Positions 53,725 to 62,911 of a stretch of 64,000 nt of DNA are shown here, piece by piece (position 1 is the stretch's first letter; every line of letters starts with the position of its first letter). Under the pieces are notes generated by a model. It did not search any database. It had not been told where the DNA came from and saw only the letters and a list, made by a program, of their open reading frames with translations. Origin of the DNA: Escherichia coli (GTDB lineage: Bacteria; Pseudomonadota; Gammaproteobacteria; Enterobacterales; Enterobacteriaceae); assembly GCF_050920415.1 (NCBI RefSeq), contig NZ_CP169309.1; one strand, written 5' to 3'. Made by a program: the position numbers and the translations under genes.

Positions 53725-53931
53725 ATGTGCATGGGTAGCTCACCATCAGTGCCTGCAACACCAGAAGTTCAGGCAGCACCACAGGAGCAGGATGCCGCCG
53801 TTGTTGATGCCCGCGACGAAGAAACACGTCGCCGTCGCGCTGCTGCTGGTCGTAGTTCTACGCTGCTTACCGGTTCTCAGGGTGACACATCAACCGCTAA
53901 TACCAGCGGTAAAACGCTGCTTGGTCAGTAA
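53725..53931 (+). CDS. Small hypothetical protein (68 aa) upstream of portal
   Basis: ATG with RBS acggag 8 nt upstream; overlapping alternative frame 53705-53944 makes call uncertain. Confidence 0.35.
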   Translation: MCMGSSPSVPATPEVQAAPQEQDAAVVDARDEETRRRRAAAGRSSTLLTGSQGDTSTANTSGKTLLGQ

Positions 53932-53945
53932 CCGGAGTCATTGAA

Positions 53946-55625
53946 ATGGCGGAAACAACTAAAGAGCGATTGAACAAACAGTTCGCACAACTTGAAAGCG
54001 AGCGTCAGTCGTTCGAGCCGCACTGGCGCGAGTTGAGTGATTACATCAACCCGCGTGGTTCCCGCTTTCTGACTTCTGAGGTCAACCGTAACGATCGACG
54101 CAATACACGCATTATTGATTCGACCGGGACTATGGCGGCGCGCACTCTCGCCAGCGGCATGATGTCAGGCATCACAAGCCCCGCGCGTCCGTGGTTTCGC
54201 CTGGCTACGCCAGATCCTGAAATGATGGATTATGGCCCTGTTAAGTTGTGGCTTGAGGCGGTGCAGAACCGCATGAACGATATGTTCAATAAGTCGAATC
54301 TCTATCAGTCGCTGCCGCAGTTATACGGAAGCCTCGGCACATACAGCACTGGTGCAATGGCGGTACTGGAGGATGACGATGACATCATTCGCACAATGCC
54401 ATTCCCGATAGGCAGTTACTACCTGGCTAACTCACCTCGTGGCAGTGTGGACACCTGTTTTCGCAAGTTCTCTATGACTGTTCGTCAGCTTGTTCAGGAG
54501 TTCGGGCTAAATAACGTCAGCGAATCCGTAAAAAGCATGTGGGAAAGCGGCACCTACGAGAAGTGGATTGAAGTGATGCATTCGGTTTACCCGAACATTG
54601 ACCGCGATACATCGAAGCTGGATAGCAAGAACAAGCCATTCAAATCGGTTTATTACGAGGTTGGCGGTGATAACGACAAGTTGTTGCGTGAGTCAGGATT
54701 CGATGAGTTTCCAATTATGGCTCCGCGCTGGGAAGTTAACGGCGAAGATGTTTATGGATCATCATGCCCGGGTATGCTGGCGCTTGGACCTGTTAAGGCA
54801 TTGCAGCTTCTCCAGAAGCGCAAGTCGCAGTTGATTGATAAAGCCACCAATCCGCCGATGATTGCTCCGACTTCCCTCAAGAATCAGCGCGCCTCCCTTC
54901 TTCCTGGCGACATCACGTATATCGATCAGATTACTGGTCAGGATGGTTTCAGGCCTGCTTATCTGGTTAACCCCAGTACAGCAGATCTGGTGGCAGACAT
55001 TCAGGACACTCGTCAAATCATTAACAGTGCCTACTTTGTCGATCTGTTCATGATGTTGCAGAACATCAATACCCGTTCGATGCCTGTTGAAGCGGTGATC
55101 GAAATGAAAGAAGAAAAACTTCTGATGTTGGGGCCGGTTCTGGAGCGTCTGAACGACGAATGTCTTAATCCTCTCATTGACCGCGCTTTCTCGATGATGG
55201 TGCGTAAAAACATGCTGCCGCCCCCGCCTGACGCGATGGAAGGTATGCCCCTGAAGGTCGAATACATTTCCGTCATGGCTCAGGCGCAGAAGTCTATCGG
55301 CCTGTCCAGTCTGGCGTCTACGGTCAACTTCATTGGTCAACTTGCGCAAGCGAAACCAGAAGCTCTCGACAAACTCAACGTTGATCAGGCAATCGATGCA
55401 TTCGCTGATATGTCCGGAGTGTCTCCAACCGTCATTGTTCCGCAGGAACAGGTTGAGCAGGCTCGCCAGCAACGGGCACAGCAACAACAGCAGCAACAAA
55501 TGATGGAGATGGGGATGGCGGCGGCACAGGGTGCCAAGACGCTAAGCGAAGCTAAAACTTCGGATCCGAGTGTTTTGTCAGCTATGGCGAATGCAGTTAG
55601 TGGTCAGGGTGGGCAATCACAATGA
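53946..55625 (+). CDS. Portal (head-to-tail connector) protein
   Basis: 559 aa; size and position after terminase; C-terminal Q-rich tail. Confidence 0.7.
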   Translation: MAETTKERLNKQFAQLESERQSFEPHWRELSDYINPRGSRFLTSEVNRNDRRNTRIIDSTGTMAARTLASGMMSGITSPARPWFRLATPDPEMMDYGPVKLWLEAVQNRMNDMFNKSNLYQSLPQLYGSLGTYSTGAMAVLEDDDDIIRTMPFPIGSYYLANSPRGSVDTCFRKFSMTVRQLVQEFGLNNVSESVKSMWESGTYEKWIEVMHSVYPNIDRDTSKLDSKNKPFKSVYYEVGGDNDKLLRESGFDEFPIMAPRWEVNGEDVYGSSCPGMLALGPVKALQLLQKRKSQLIDKATNPPMIAPTSLKNQRASLLPGDITYIDQITGQDGFRPAYLVNPSTADLVADIQDTRQIINSAYFVDLFMMLQNINTRSMPVEAVIEMKEEKLLMLGPVLERLNDECLNPLIDRAFSMMVRKNMLPPPPDAMEGMPLKVEYISVMAQAQKSIGLSSLASTVNFIGQLAQAKPEALDKLNVDQAIDAFADMSGVSPTVIVPQEQVEQARQQRAQQQQQQQMMEMGMAAAQGAKTLSEAKTSDPSVLSAMANAVSGQGGQSQ

Positions 55626-55918
55626 CAGATTACGAAGACGATCAACTGAAAGAAGAAAACGCCCGTAAGCAACGTGACATGGCACAACGTGAAATTGATG
55701 ACATTCGCTTTGTCATGAGCAGTGAACAGGGGCGTCGCGTTGTCTGGTCTGTGCTGGAGAAAGGCCGGGTGTTTTCCGCTATCTCTCCGATGGATGCTAT
55801 GGCAATGGCATTTAATGAGGGGCAACGCAATCTGGCGCTGGAACTGTTTCAGCGCGTTATGGCGCATTGCCCTGAACAGTATTTGAAGATGGCCAAAGAG
55901 GCCAGTGAACAGGAGTGA
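55622..55918 (+). CDS. Hypothetical head-assembly protein (98 aa)
   Basis: Start overlaps portal stop (ATGA). Confidence 0.45.
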   Translation: MTDYEDDQLKEENARKQRDMAQREIDDIRFVMSSEQGRRVVWSVLEKGRVFSAISPMDAMAMAFNEGQRNLALELFQRVMAHCPEQYLKMAKEASEQE

Positions 55919-55920
55919 TC

Positions 55921-56616
55921 ATGAATTTATTTGAGCGTTTGCTGTATCGCCGTCTTTGCAATGAGCAACCAGTCGATGGTGGAGCAGCTCCGGCTGCGTC
56001 AGAACCGTCAGCGCCTGCAGGTGATAACCCTGCTCCAGTTGGTGATCCATCACAATCGGAAGGTGATAAGCCACAACCTGTTGCTGATGGCGATAAACCT
56101 GCTGATGACAAAAAGCCTGAAAACGATAAGCAGGATGAAAAAAAGGACGGCGATAAACCAGAGGGTGCGCCTGAGAAGTACGAGTTTCAGGCTGCCGAAG
56201 GCGTAGAGCTGGATACAGAAGCGTTGAAGGAATTCGAGCCGGTGGCGCGAGAACTTAACCTGACCAACGAGCAAGCGCAAAAGCTGGTTGATGCTTATCC
56301 GAAGATTCTGGCAGGTGTGCAGCAGCGCCAGGCAGAAGCCTGGCAGAAAACAACCGAGCAGTGGGCTGCTGATGTAAAAGCTGACAAAGAAATCGGTGGC
56401 GACAAGTTGATTTCTAACCTTAGCGCCGCACAGCGTGCGCTTGACCAGTTCGGGACACCTGAACTCAAAGAATATCTGAACACCACCGGGCTGGGTAATC
56501 ACCCTGATCTGGTCAAAACGTTCGTGAAAATCGGAAAGGCGATGTCTGAAGATGGCATGGTCACCGGTGGTAATGAAGGCCAGCGTAGTGCGGCCGAAGT
56601 GCTCTATGGCAAATAA
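55921..56616 (+). CDS. Putative scaffolding protein (acidic, Pro/Asp/Lys-rich N-terminus)
   Basis: ATG at 55921 after RBS caggag; low-complexity acidic N-terminus and helical C-terminus; immediately precedes capsid gene. Confidence 0.5.
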   Translation: MNLFERLLYRRLCNEQPVDGGAAPAASEPSAPAGDNPAPVGDPSQSEGDKPQPVADGDKPADDKKPENDKQDEKKDGDKPEGAPEKYEFQAAEGVELDTEALKEFEPVARELNLTNEQAQKLVDAYPKILAGVQQRQAEAWQKTTEQWAADVKADKEIGGDKLISNLSAAQRALDQFGTPELKEYLNTTGLGNHPDLVKTFVKIGKAMSEDGMVTGGNEGQRSAAEVLYGK

Positions 56617-56624
56617 GAGAGGAA

Positions 56625-57617
56625 ATGACAATGGCTGTTAAAGGCTTAACTGCGCTAACGCTGGCTGACTGGGGTAAGCGCGTCGATCCAAACGGGAAAG
56701 TCGATAAGATTATCGAGCTTCTCGGTCAAACTAACCCGATCCTTCAGGATATGCCTTTTGTCGAAGGGAACCTTCCTACCGGACACCGAACCACCATTCG
56801 TTCTGGTTTACCTTCAGCTACCTGGCGTTTGCTGAACTATGGCGTACAGCCAAGCAAATCAACCACAGTGCAGGTAACCGATTCCGTTGGCATGCTGGAA
56901 ACCTATGCTGAAGTCGATAAGTCACTGGCTGATCTGAACGGCAATACCGCCGAATTCCGCCTGTCTGAAGACCGCGCATTTATTGAAGCGATGAATCAGC
57001 AGATGGCGCAGACGCTGTTTTATGGTGATTCCAGCGTTAACCCTCAGCAGTTTATGGGACTGTCCTCCCGCTATTCCAGCCTGTCTGCGGGTAATGCTCA
57101 GAACATCATTGATGCTGGTGGCACGGGTACAGATAACACCTCAATCTGGTTAGTGGTGTGGGGCGAAAACACCGTGCATGGCATCTTCCCGAAAGGGCAG
57201 AAGGCTGGCATCCAGATGGAAGATAAAGGCCAGGTGACACTGGAAGATGCTAATGGCGGCAAGTACGAAGGCTATCGCACCCATTATAAATGGGATAACG
57301 GACTTGCTCTGCGTGACTGGCGTTATGTTGTTCGCATTGCAAACATCGATGTCAGCAATCTTTCAGAACCTTCCTCTGCCGCAAATATTGCGAAGTTGAT
57401 GGTTAAAGCACTGCATCGCATTCCAAACCGTGGCATGGGCCGCCCGGTGTTCTACATGAACCGCACTGTAGGCCAGGCTCTTGATCTGCAATCTCTGGAG
57501 AAAACATCTCTGGCGATCAGCGTAAAAGAGACAGAAGGCGAGTGGTGGACTTCATTCCGTGGTGTACCAATCCGTGAAACTGATGCGCTTCTGGAAACAG
57601 AAGCCCGCGTGGTGTAA
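56625..57617 (+). CDS. Putative major capsid protein
   Basis: 330 aa; RBS agaggaa; position after scaffold. Confidence 0.6.
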   Translation: MTMAVKGLTALTLADWGKRVDPNGKVDKIIELLGQTNPILQDMPFVEGNLPTGHRTTIRSGLPSATWRLLNYGVQPSKSTTVQVTDSVGMLETYAEVDKSLADLNGNTAEFRLSEDRAFIEAMNQQMAQTLFYGDSSVNPQQFMGLSSRYSSLSAGNAQNIIDAGGTGTDNTSIWLVVWGENTVHGIFPKGQKAGIQMEDKGQVTLEDANGGKYEGYRTHYKWDNGLALRDWRYVVRIANIDVSNLSEPSSAANIAKLMVKALHRIPNRGMGRPVFYMNRTVGQALDLQSLEKTSLAISVKETEGEWWTSFRGVPIRETDALLETEARVV

Positions 57618-57668
57618 CGCCTGTTATTAACCTGTGGGTCGTAACAGACCCACTAATGGAGAAAGAAG

Positions 57669-58106
57669 ATGATCACCGACAAACTGTTGATGTTCTCCGA
57701 AGCTCAGGCGGTTACGAATACCGCGGCTTCTACTGACGTAATCGATCTCGGTCCAATTGACGGAAAACGTCGTGATATCGGCGTGGGTTACCCGCTTGAG
57801 TTTTGGGCGCTGGTTAACACAGCCGCCGCGGCAAGCGGTGATGCAACTGTAAACATCCAGTTGCAGACGAGTGAGAATAACAGCTCATGGACCACTATTT
57901 ATGATAGTGGCGCACTGGCAAAGACCGCCCTGACAGCAGGTAAACGAGTTGTTTCTGCAAAGGTGCCTGCCGGTGTTCAGCGATATCTGCGTGTTAACTA
58001 CTCCGTCGCAACTGGCCCACTAACGGCTGGCGAATTCACTGCTGGTATCAGTCTTGATGTTGATGCCAATACGCCGTATCCGATCCGCTCAAAAGTAACT
58101 GGTTAA
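57669..58106 (+). CDS. Hypothetical virion protein (145 aa)
   Basis: ORF with RBS; in structural module. Confidence 0.45.
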   Translation: MITDKLLMFSEAQAVTNTAASTDVIDLGPIDGKRRDIGVGYPLEFWALVNTAAAASGDATVNIQLQTSENNSSWTTIYDSGALAKTALTAGKRVVSAKVPAGVQRYLRVNYSVATGPLTAGEFTAGISLDVDANTPYPIRSKVTG

Positions 58107-58107
58107 G

Positions 58108-58452
58108 GTGATATCGATGTCAGGTGAGAAACCAAGATACCGCGTTATGCGCCTCTCTCATATCCATAACACTCTGTGGCCGGAGGGGGCAGAAATCGAA
58201 TACGAAGGTGAGCCTGGTAGCGCACTGGAACCTGTTAACGATGCAGCCAGACAGGCAAAAGCAAAGGTAGCAGGAAAGGTGACTATGGCAGCAACCAGCA
58301 CCAAAATCATCAACGATGTGTCAGATGATGGTGAACTGGATAAGCTCCGTGAAGAGTACGAATTGCTCTTTAACGAGGAGCCACACCATAACGCCAAAGC
58401 CGAAACGCTCCGCGAGAAGATCGCAGATAAGCGTAAAGAACTGGGCGTGTAA
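58108..58452 (+). CDS. Hypothetical virion protein (114 aa)
   Basis: ORF abutting previous stop; followed by terminator. Confidence 0.45.
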   Translation: MISMSGEKPRYRVMRLSHIHNTLWPEGAEIEYEGEPGSALEPVNDAARQAKAKVAGKVTMAATSTKIINDVSDDGELDKLREEYELLFNEEPHHNAKAETLREKIADKRKELGV

Positions 58453-58470
58453 GCCTCGCGAATCAGACAA

Positions 58471-58490
58471 GGGGCTTCGGCCCCTTTATT
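58471..58490 (+). terminator. Hairpin ggggc-ttcg-gcccc followed by tttatt
   Basis: Read directly after 58452 stop; likely attenuates transcription after the capsid genes. Confidence 0.55.
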
Positions 58491-58502
58491 GCAGGAGTGT
58501 AT

Positions 58503-58826
58503 ATGGAACTCGTAAACCTCAAAACCGGCACTGACAGCTACCAGGATGAGAGCGGAGAAACCAGAACTCGCGATGAATACCCGTGGGGGCTGTGCATCAC
58601 TCTTAATAACGACACATTGAATAAGCTGAAGGCACAACCTCAGGGCGTCGGAACAGAAGTGATGATAACTGCAAAGGCTGTTATTCGAGGCCTGTCTGCC
58701 AGAGAAACTGACGATGGTGTTAATCGCAGCGCCGATCTGCAGATCACTGATATGGCGATCGCTCCTGTTTCCAGGGATGTAGAAAAATCAGCGGCTGAAA
58801 CCCTGTACGGCAATGGGGGTGAGTAA
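58503..58826 (+). CDS. Hypothetical virion protein (107 aa)
   Basis: ATG at 58503 after RBS caggag. Confidence 0.45.
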   Translation: MELVNLKTGTDSYQDESGETRTRDEYPWGLCITLNNDTLNKLKAQPQGVGTEVMITAKAVIRGLSARETDDGVNRSADLQITDMAIAPVSRDVEKSAAETLYGNGGE

Positions 58827-59431
58827 TGGCCTCTGTAGTAGAGATCTGCAATCGTGCGCTGTCCAATATTGGCAATAGCCGCAGCATTAACAGCCTGACG
58901 GAAGCCAGTAAGGAAGCGGGGGAATGTTCGCTGCACTTTGAGGCCTGCCGTGATGCTGTGCTTTCTGATTTTGACTGGAACTTTGCTACCAAACGCGTGG
59001 CGCTTGCAGATACGAGCAATCCACCGCCTGACTGGGAATATGCGTATCAGTACCCGTCAGATTGTCTGCGCATTACTGAAATTATGCTTCCTGGTGTACG
59101 CAATCCAACAGCAGCAATGCGCGTTCAGTACGAAGTTGGTGCAGACACCGACGGAACAGGAAAGTTGATCTACACAGACCAGCCGCAGGCATGGCTCAAG
59201 TATGTCTCTCGCGTTTCAGATGTGAACATGTTTGATGCCATTTTTATGGAGGCGTTGGCCTGGCGTCTTGCGGCAGCCATTAACATGGCGCTGACTGGGA
59301 ATGCGGATCTCGGTACATTTGCTCTCAATATGTACAATCGCGTGATTCTTAGTGCTGGCTCGCATAGCCAGAATGAATCACAGGAACCACAGCCACCGGT
59401 TGACGAGTTTACCATTGCGAGGTTGTCCTGA
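58826..59431 (+). CDS. Putative tail/adaptor protein (201 aa)
   Basis: Start overlaps previous stop; position before a large tail-like protein. Confidence 0.4.
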   Translation: MASVVEICNRALSNIGNSRSINSLTEASKEAGECSLHFEACRDAVLSDFDWNFATKRVALADTSNPPPDWEYAYQYPSDCLRITEIMLPGVRNPTAAMRVQYEVGADTDGTGKLIYTDQPQAWLKYVSRVSDVNMFDAIFMEALAWRLAAAINMALTGNADLGTFALNMYNRVILSAGSHSQNESQEPQPPVDEFTIARLS

Positions 59432-61902
59432 TGGCTATCAGTTGGATCCAGCCCAGCTTTGCCGGTGGTGAGATTGGACCGTCGTTGTACGGTCGTATCG
59501 ACATGGCGAAGTACCAGGTGGCATTGCGCAAGTGCGATAACTTTATCGTGCGGCAGTATGGCGGCGTTGAGAATCGACCTGGTACGCGTTTTGTCGGTGC
59601 CGCCAAATACCCAAATCGGAAATGCCGCCTGATCCCGTTCCAGTTCTCGACGGTTCAGACCTACGCTCTGGAGTTCGGACACCAGTACATGCGCGTTATC
59701 AAAGATGGTGCGTTGGTGCTGAACAGCAGCAATGTTATTTATGAAATTGCCACGCCATATACTGAAGCCGATCTGTTCCGAATTAAATTCACGCAAAGCG
59801 CCGACGTGCTTACGCTGGTTCACCCGGCATACCCGCCGAAAGAGTTGCGCCGCTATGCGCATGATAACTGGCAACTGGTTGATGTGGTAACGAAGAACGG
59901 GCCATTTGAAGATATCAATATTGACGAGTCAGTGACGGTTTATGCCAGCGCCAGCACCGGGACAATTACGTTAACGGCAAGCGCCTCTATTTTTGGCGCG
60001 GAGCAGGTAGGCAAATTGTTCTATCTGGAACAGCCTGCAGTGGATTCTGTGCCGGTATGGGAAACCAGTAAGAGTACGTCGATTGGCGATATTCGCCGTG
60101 CAGACAGTAACTACTATCGCGCCGTTACAGCAGGCAAAACAGGCACTTTGCGCCCTTCGCATACAGAAGGCACATCATGGGATGGCTGGGGCGGATCCGG
60201 TGATGATGATACCGGCATTGAGTGGGAGTATCTGCACAGTGGTTTTGGCATTGCCCGTATCTCTGCTGCAAATGGAACTACTGCAACTGCCGAGGTGATT
60301 TCCTATATCCCTTCGCAGGTCGTTGGCGAGGATAATGCCAGCTATAAATGGGCTAAATATGCCTGGAACAGTGTTAATGGTTATCCTGGCACTGTTGTTT
60401 ATTATCAACAACGTCTTTACTTCGCCGCATCGACTGCGTTCCCTCAGACTATCTGGGCCAGCCGTACTGGGGATTATAAGGATTTTGGCAAAAGCAATCC
60501 TACGCAGGATGATGACAGAATTATCTACACCTATGCCGGGCGTCAGGTTAATGAGATCCGTCACCTGATTGATGTAGGTTCGCTGGTGGCGCTGACTTCC
60601 GGAGGTGAGTACGTCATCACCGGCGACCAGAACAAAGTGTTAACCCCATCATCATTTGCATTTAGCTCTCAGGGATCAAATGGCTCAAGCAACGTCCCAC
60701 CAATTGCTGTGGCGAATATTGCTCTGTTCGTCCAGGAGAAAGGCAGTGTTGTCCGTGATCTGGCCTACTCATTCGATGTTGACGGCTATCAGGGGAACGA
60801 CCTTACTATCCTTGCCAATCATCTTTTTCAGAAGCACAGCATTGTTGACTGGTGCTTCTCTATTGTCCCTTACTCCAGCGCCTTCTGCATTCGTGATGAC
60901 GGTAAATTACTGGTGATGACCTATTTGCGTGATCAACAGGTTTTTGCATGGGCACCACAGTCCAGTACCGGAAAATATGAAAGCACATGCAGTATCAGCG
61001 AAGGAAATGAAGATGCGGTGTATTTCGTCGTTAACCGAACCGTTAACGGGCAAACAGTGAGATACATCGAGCGGCTGTCCAGCCGTTTATTTACCAGCGA
61101 TGAAGATGCTTTCTTTGTTGATTCTGGCCTTAGCTATGATGGAAGAAATACGTCTGACAGAACGATGACCATCACTGGTGGTTCTGGTGAATGGGATTAC
61201 CGCGTGGAATATACAATCAGTATTTCTGGTGGTGCGTACTTCACCAGTAGTGATGTCGGTGCGCAACTACAATTCCCTTATACCGGAACTGATCCTGATA
61301 CTGGCGATGAAGTGTCAAAAGAATTACGTTGCGACATTATTTCTGTAACCAGCAATACCGCTGTAGTGGTTCGTGCTAACAGGAACGTCCCGCCATCCCT
61401 CAGGAATGTGGCCACCACGAACTGGCAGATGGCGCGCCGGACATTTGGAGGCCTGTCTCATCTTGAAGGCCAGACCGTAAACATTCTCTCTGATGCGAAC
61501 GTGGAACCACAGAAAGTGGTTTCCGGAGGTGCCGTCACGCTGGAATCTCCGGGGGCTGTAGTGCACATCGGCCTGCCAATAACTGCTGAATTCGAAACAC
61601 TGGATATCAACATTAACGGACAGGAAACGCTGCTGGACAAAAAACAGGTGATCCCATCCGTTACTCTGGTTGTGAATGCCAGCCGCGGCATCTGGGCGAC
61701 TACGCCCGGCGGTAAATGGTACGAATATCCACAGCGTGAATTCGAGTTCTACGATGATCCTGTTGATGATGCTACCGGAAAAGTAGAAGTGAAACTGGAC
61801 AGTAACTGGGGCAAAAACGGACGTGTAAAAATCCGTCAGCTTGATCCGTTGCCGCTGTCTGTTCTTGCCGTTATTCCTCGCCTTACTGTTGGGGGATTCT
61901 GA
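59431..61902 (+). CDS. Large structural protein, putative tail tube/nozzle protein (823 aa)
   Basis: Size and position in structural module; ATGA overlap with previous gene. Confidence 0.5.
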   Translation: MAISWIQPSFAGGEIGPSLYGRIDMAKYQVALRKCDNFIVRQYGGVENRPGTRFVGAAKYPNRKCRLIPFQFSTVQTYALEFGHQYMRVIKDGALVLNSSNVIYEIATPYTEADLFRIKFTQSADVLTLVHPAYPPKELRRYAHDNWQLVDVVTKNGPFEDINIDESVTVYASASTGTITLTASASIFGAEQVGKLFYLEQPAVDSVPVWETSKSTSIGDIRRADSNYYRAVTAGKTGTLRPSHTEGTSWDGWGGSGDDDTGIEWEYLHSGFGIARISAANGTTATAEVISYIPSQVVGEDNASYKWAKYAWNSVNGYPGTVVYYQQRLYFAASTAFPQTIWASRTGDYKDFGKSNPTQDDDRIIYTYAGRQVNEIRHLIDVGSLVALTSGGEYVITGDQNKVLTPSSFAFSSQGSNGSSNVPPIAVANIALFVQEKGSVVRDLAYSFDVDGYQGNDLTILANHLFQKHSIVDWCFSIVPYSSAFCIRDDGKLLVMTYLRDQQVFAWAPQSSTGKYESTCSISEGNEDAVYFVVNRTVNGQTVRYIERLSSRLFTSDEDAFFVDSGLSYDGRNTSDRTMTITGGSGEWDYRVEYTISISGGAYFTSSDVGAQLQFPYTGTDPDTGDEVSKELRCDIISVTSNTAVVVRANRNVPPSLRNVATTNWQMARRTFGGLSHLEGQTVNILSDANVEPQKVVSGGAVTLESPGAVVHIGLPITAEFETLDININGQETLLDKKQVIPSVTLVVNASRGIWATTPGGKWYEYPQREFEFYDDPVDDATGKVEVKLDSNWGKNGRVKIRQLDPLPLSVLAVIPRLTVGGF

Positions 61903-62366
61903 TGATTGGTGTTCAAATTATTCCCGCAACCGAAGAGCATCTTCAGATGATTTTGCCGGATGTTCGTCAGGCTGATATTGACGAACTGTATGCGGTATCG
62001 CTGATGACTACCGAAGATGCGCTGCGTGTTGGTCTGCGCACTGCGACTATGGCCTGGTCAGGGTTCGCGAACGGAGAACTGGTAACCATGTTTGGTGTAT
62101 CTCCGGCGTCAATGATCGGTGGCAATGGTACGCCCTGGCTGGTCGGGACCAGCCGTATTGAAAAATATCAGAAGACATTTCTTCGCCACTGCCACCCTGT
62201 ATTGCGGCAGATGCTGGCAGTTTATCCGCGCCTGGAAAACTACGTCGACGAGCGAAACCATGTTGCCAAAGCATGGCTCCACTGGCTTGGATTCAGGCTT
62301 GAAGAAGCCGCGCCTTATGGTGCTCTTGGTCTTAATTTCCACAGATTTCACATGGAGAGAAAATAA
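61902..62366 (+). CDS. Hypothetical virion protein (154 aa)
   Basis: ORF overlapping previous stop. Confidence 0.45.
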   Translation: MIGVQIIPATEEHLQMILPDVRQADIDELYAVSLMTTEDALRVGLRTATMAWSGFANGELVTMFGVSPASMIGGNGTPWLVGTSRIEKYQKTFLRHCHPVLRQMLAVYPRLENYVDERNHVAKAWLHWLGFRLEEAAPYGALGLNFHRFHMERK

Positions 62367-62911
62367 TGTGCGATCCGGTTATTGCTGGTGGCGCAATGCT
62401 CGCCATGAGTGGCATTCAGGCATACACCCAGTACCAACAGGGAAAGTATGCCTCGAAGGTTGCAGAAGCGAACGCAGATATAGCCACAGCTCAGGCAAAT
62501 GATGCAATAAATAGGGGTAACGCTGAAGCTGAGCAACGGCGCAGAGAGACCCGACAGCGGCTTGGTACACAGGCGGCGACAATGGGGGCGACCGGCGCCG
62601 ATTTATCTACAGGTAACGCGCTGGATATATTTGGTGACACTGCTCAGTTTGGCGCCCTTGATTCGCTGACGACGGTGAATAACGCGCAACGCGAGGCTTA
62701 CGGTTATCAGGTTCAGGCTGCTAACTATAAAGCAGAAGCCAGTTCAGCCCGTAAACAGGGGAATGTGGGAGCAGCAACAACATTGCTCACTGCGCCTCTG
62801 AAGGCATACGGTGCGTACCAGATGTTTGGTGGGACGTGGAGTCCGTTTACTCAAAGCACTCCTGCGCCAATCGGGGCAGCAGCAGGAACCAGATTACCTG
62901 GAGGATTATAA
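62366..62911 (+). CDS. Hypothetical virion protein (181 aa), Ala/Gly/Gln-rich
   Basis: ORF overlapping previous stop. Confidence 0.45.
   Translation: MCDPVIAGGAMLAMSGIQAYTQYQQGKYASKVAEANADIATAQANDAINRGNAEAEQRRRETRQRLGTQAATMGATGADLSTGNALDIFGDTAQFGALDSLTTVNNAQREAYGYQVQAANYKAEASSARKQGNVGAATTLLTAPLKAYGAYQMFGGTWSPFTQSTPAPIGAAAGTRLPGGL

Noticed and set aside
59170-59874. 234-aa minus-strand ORF
   Set aside because: Antisense to tightly packed plus-strand structural genes; no independent support.
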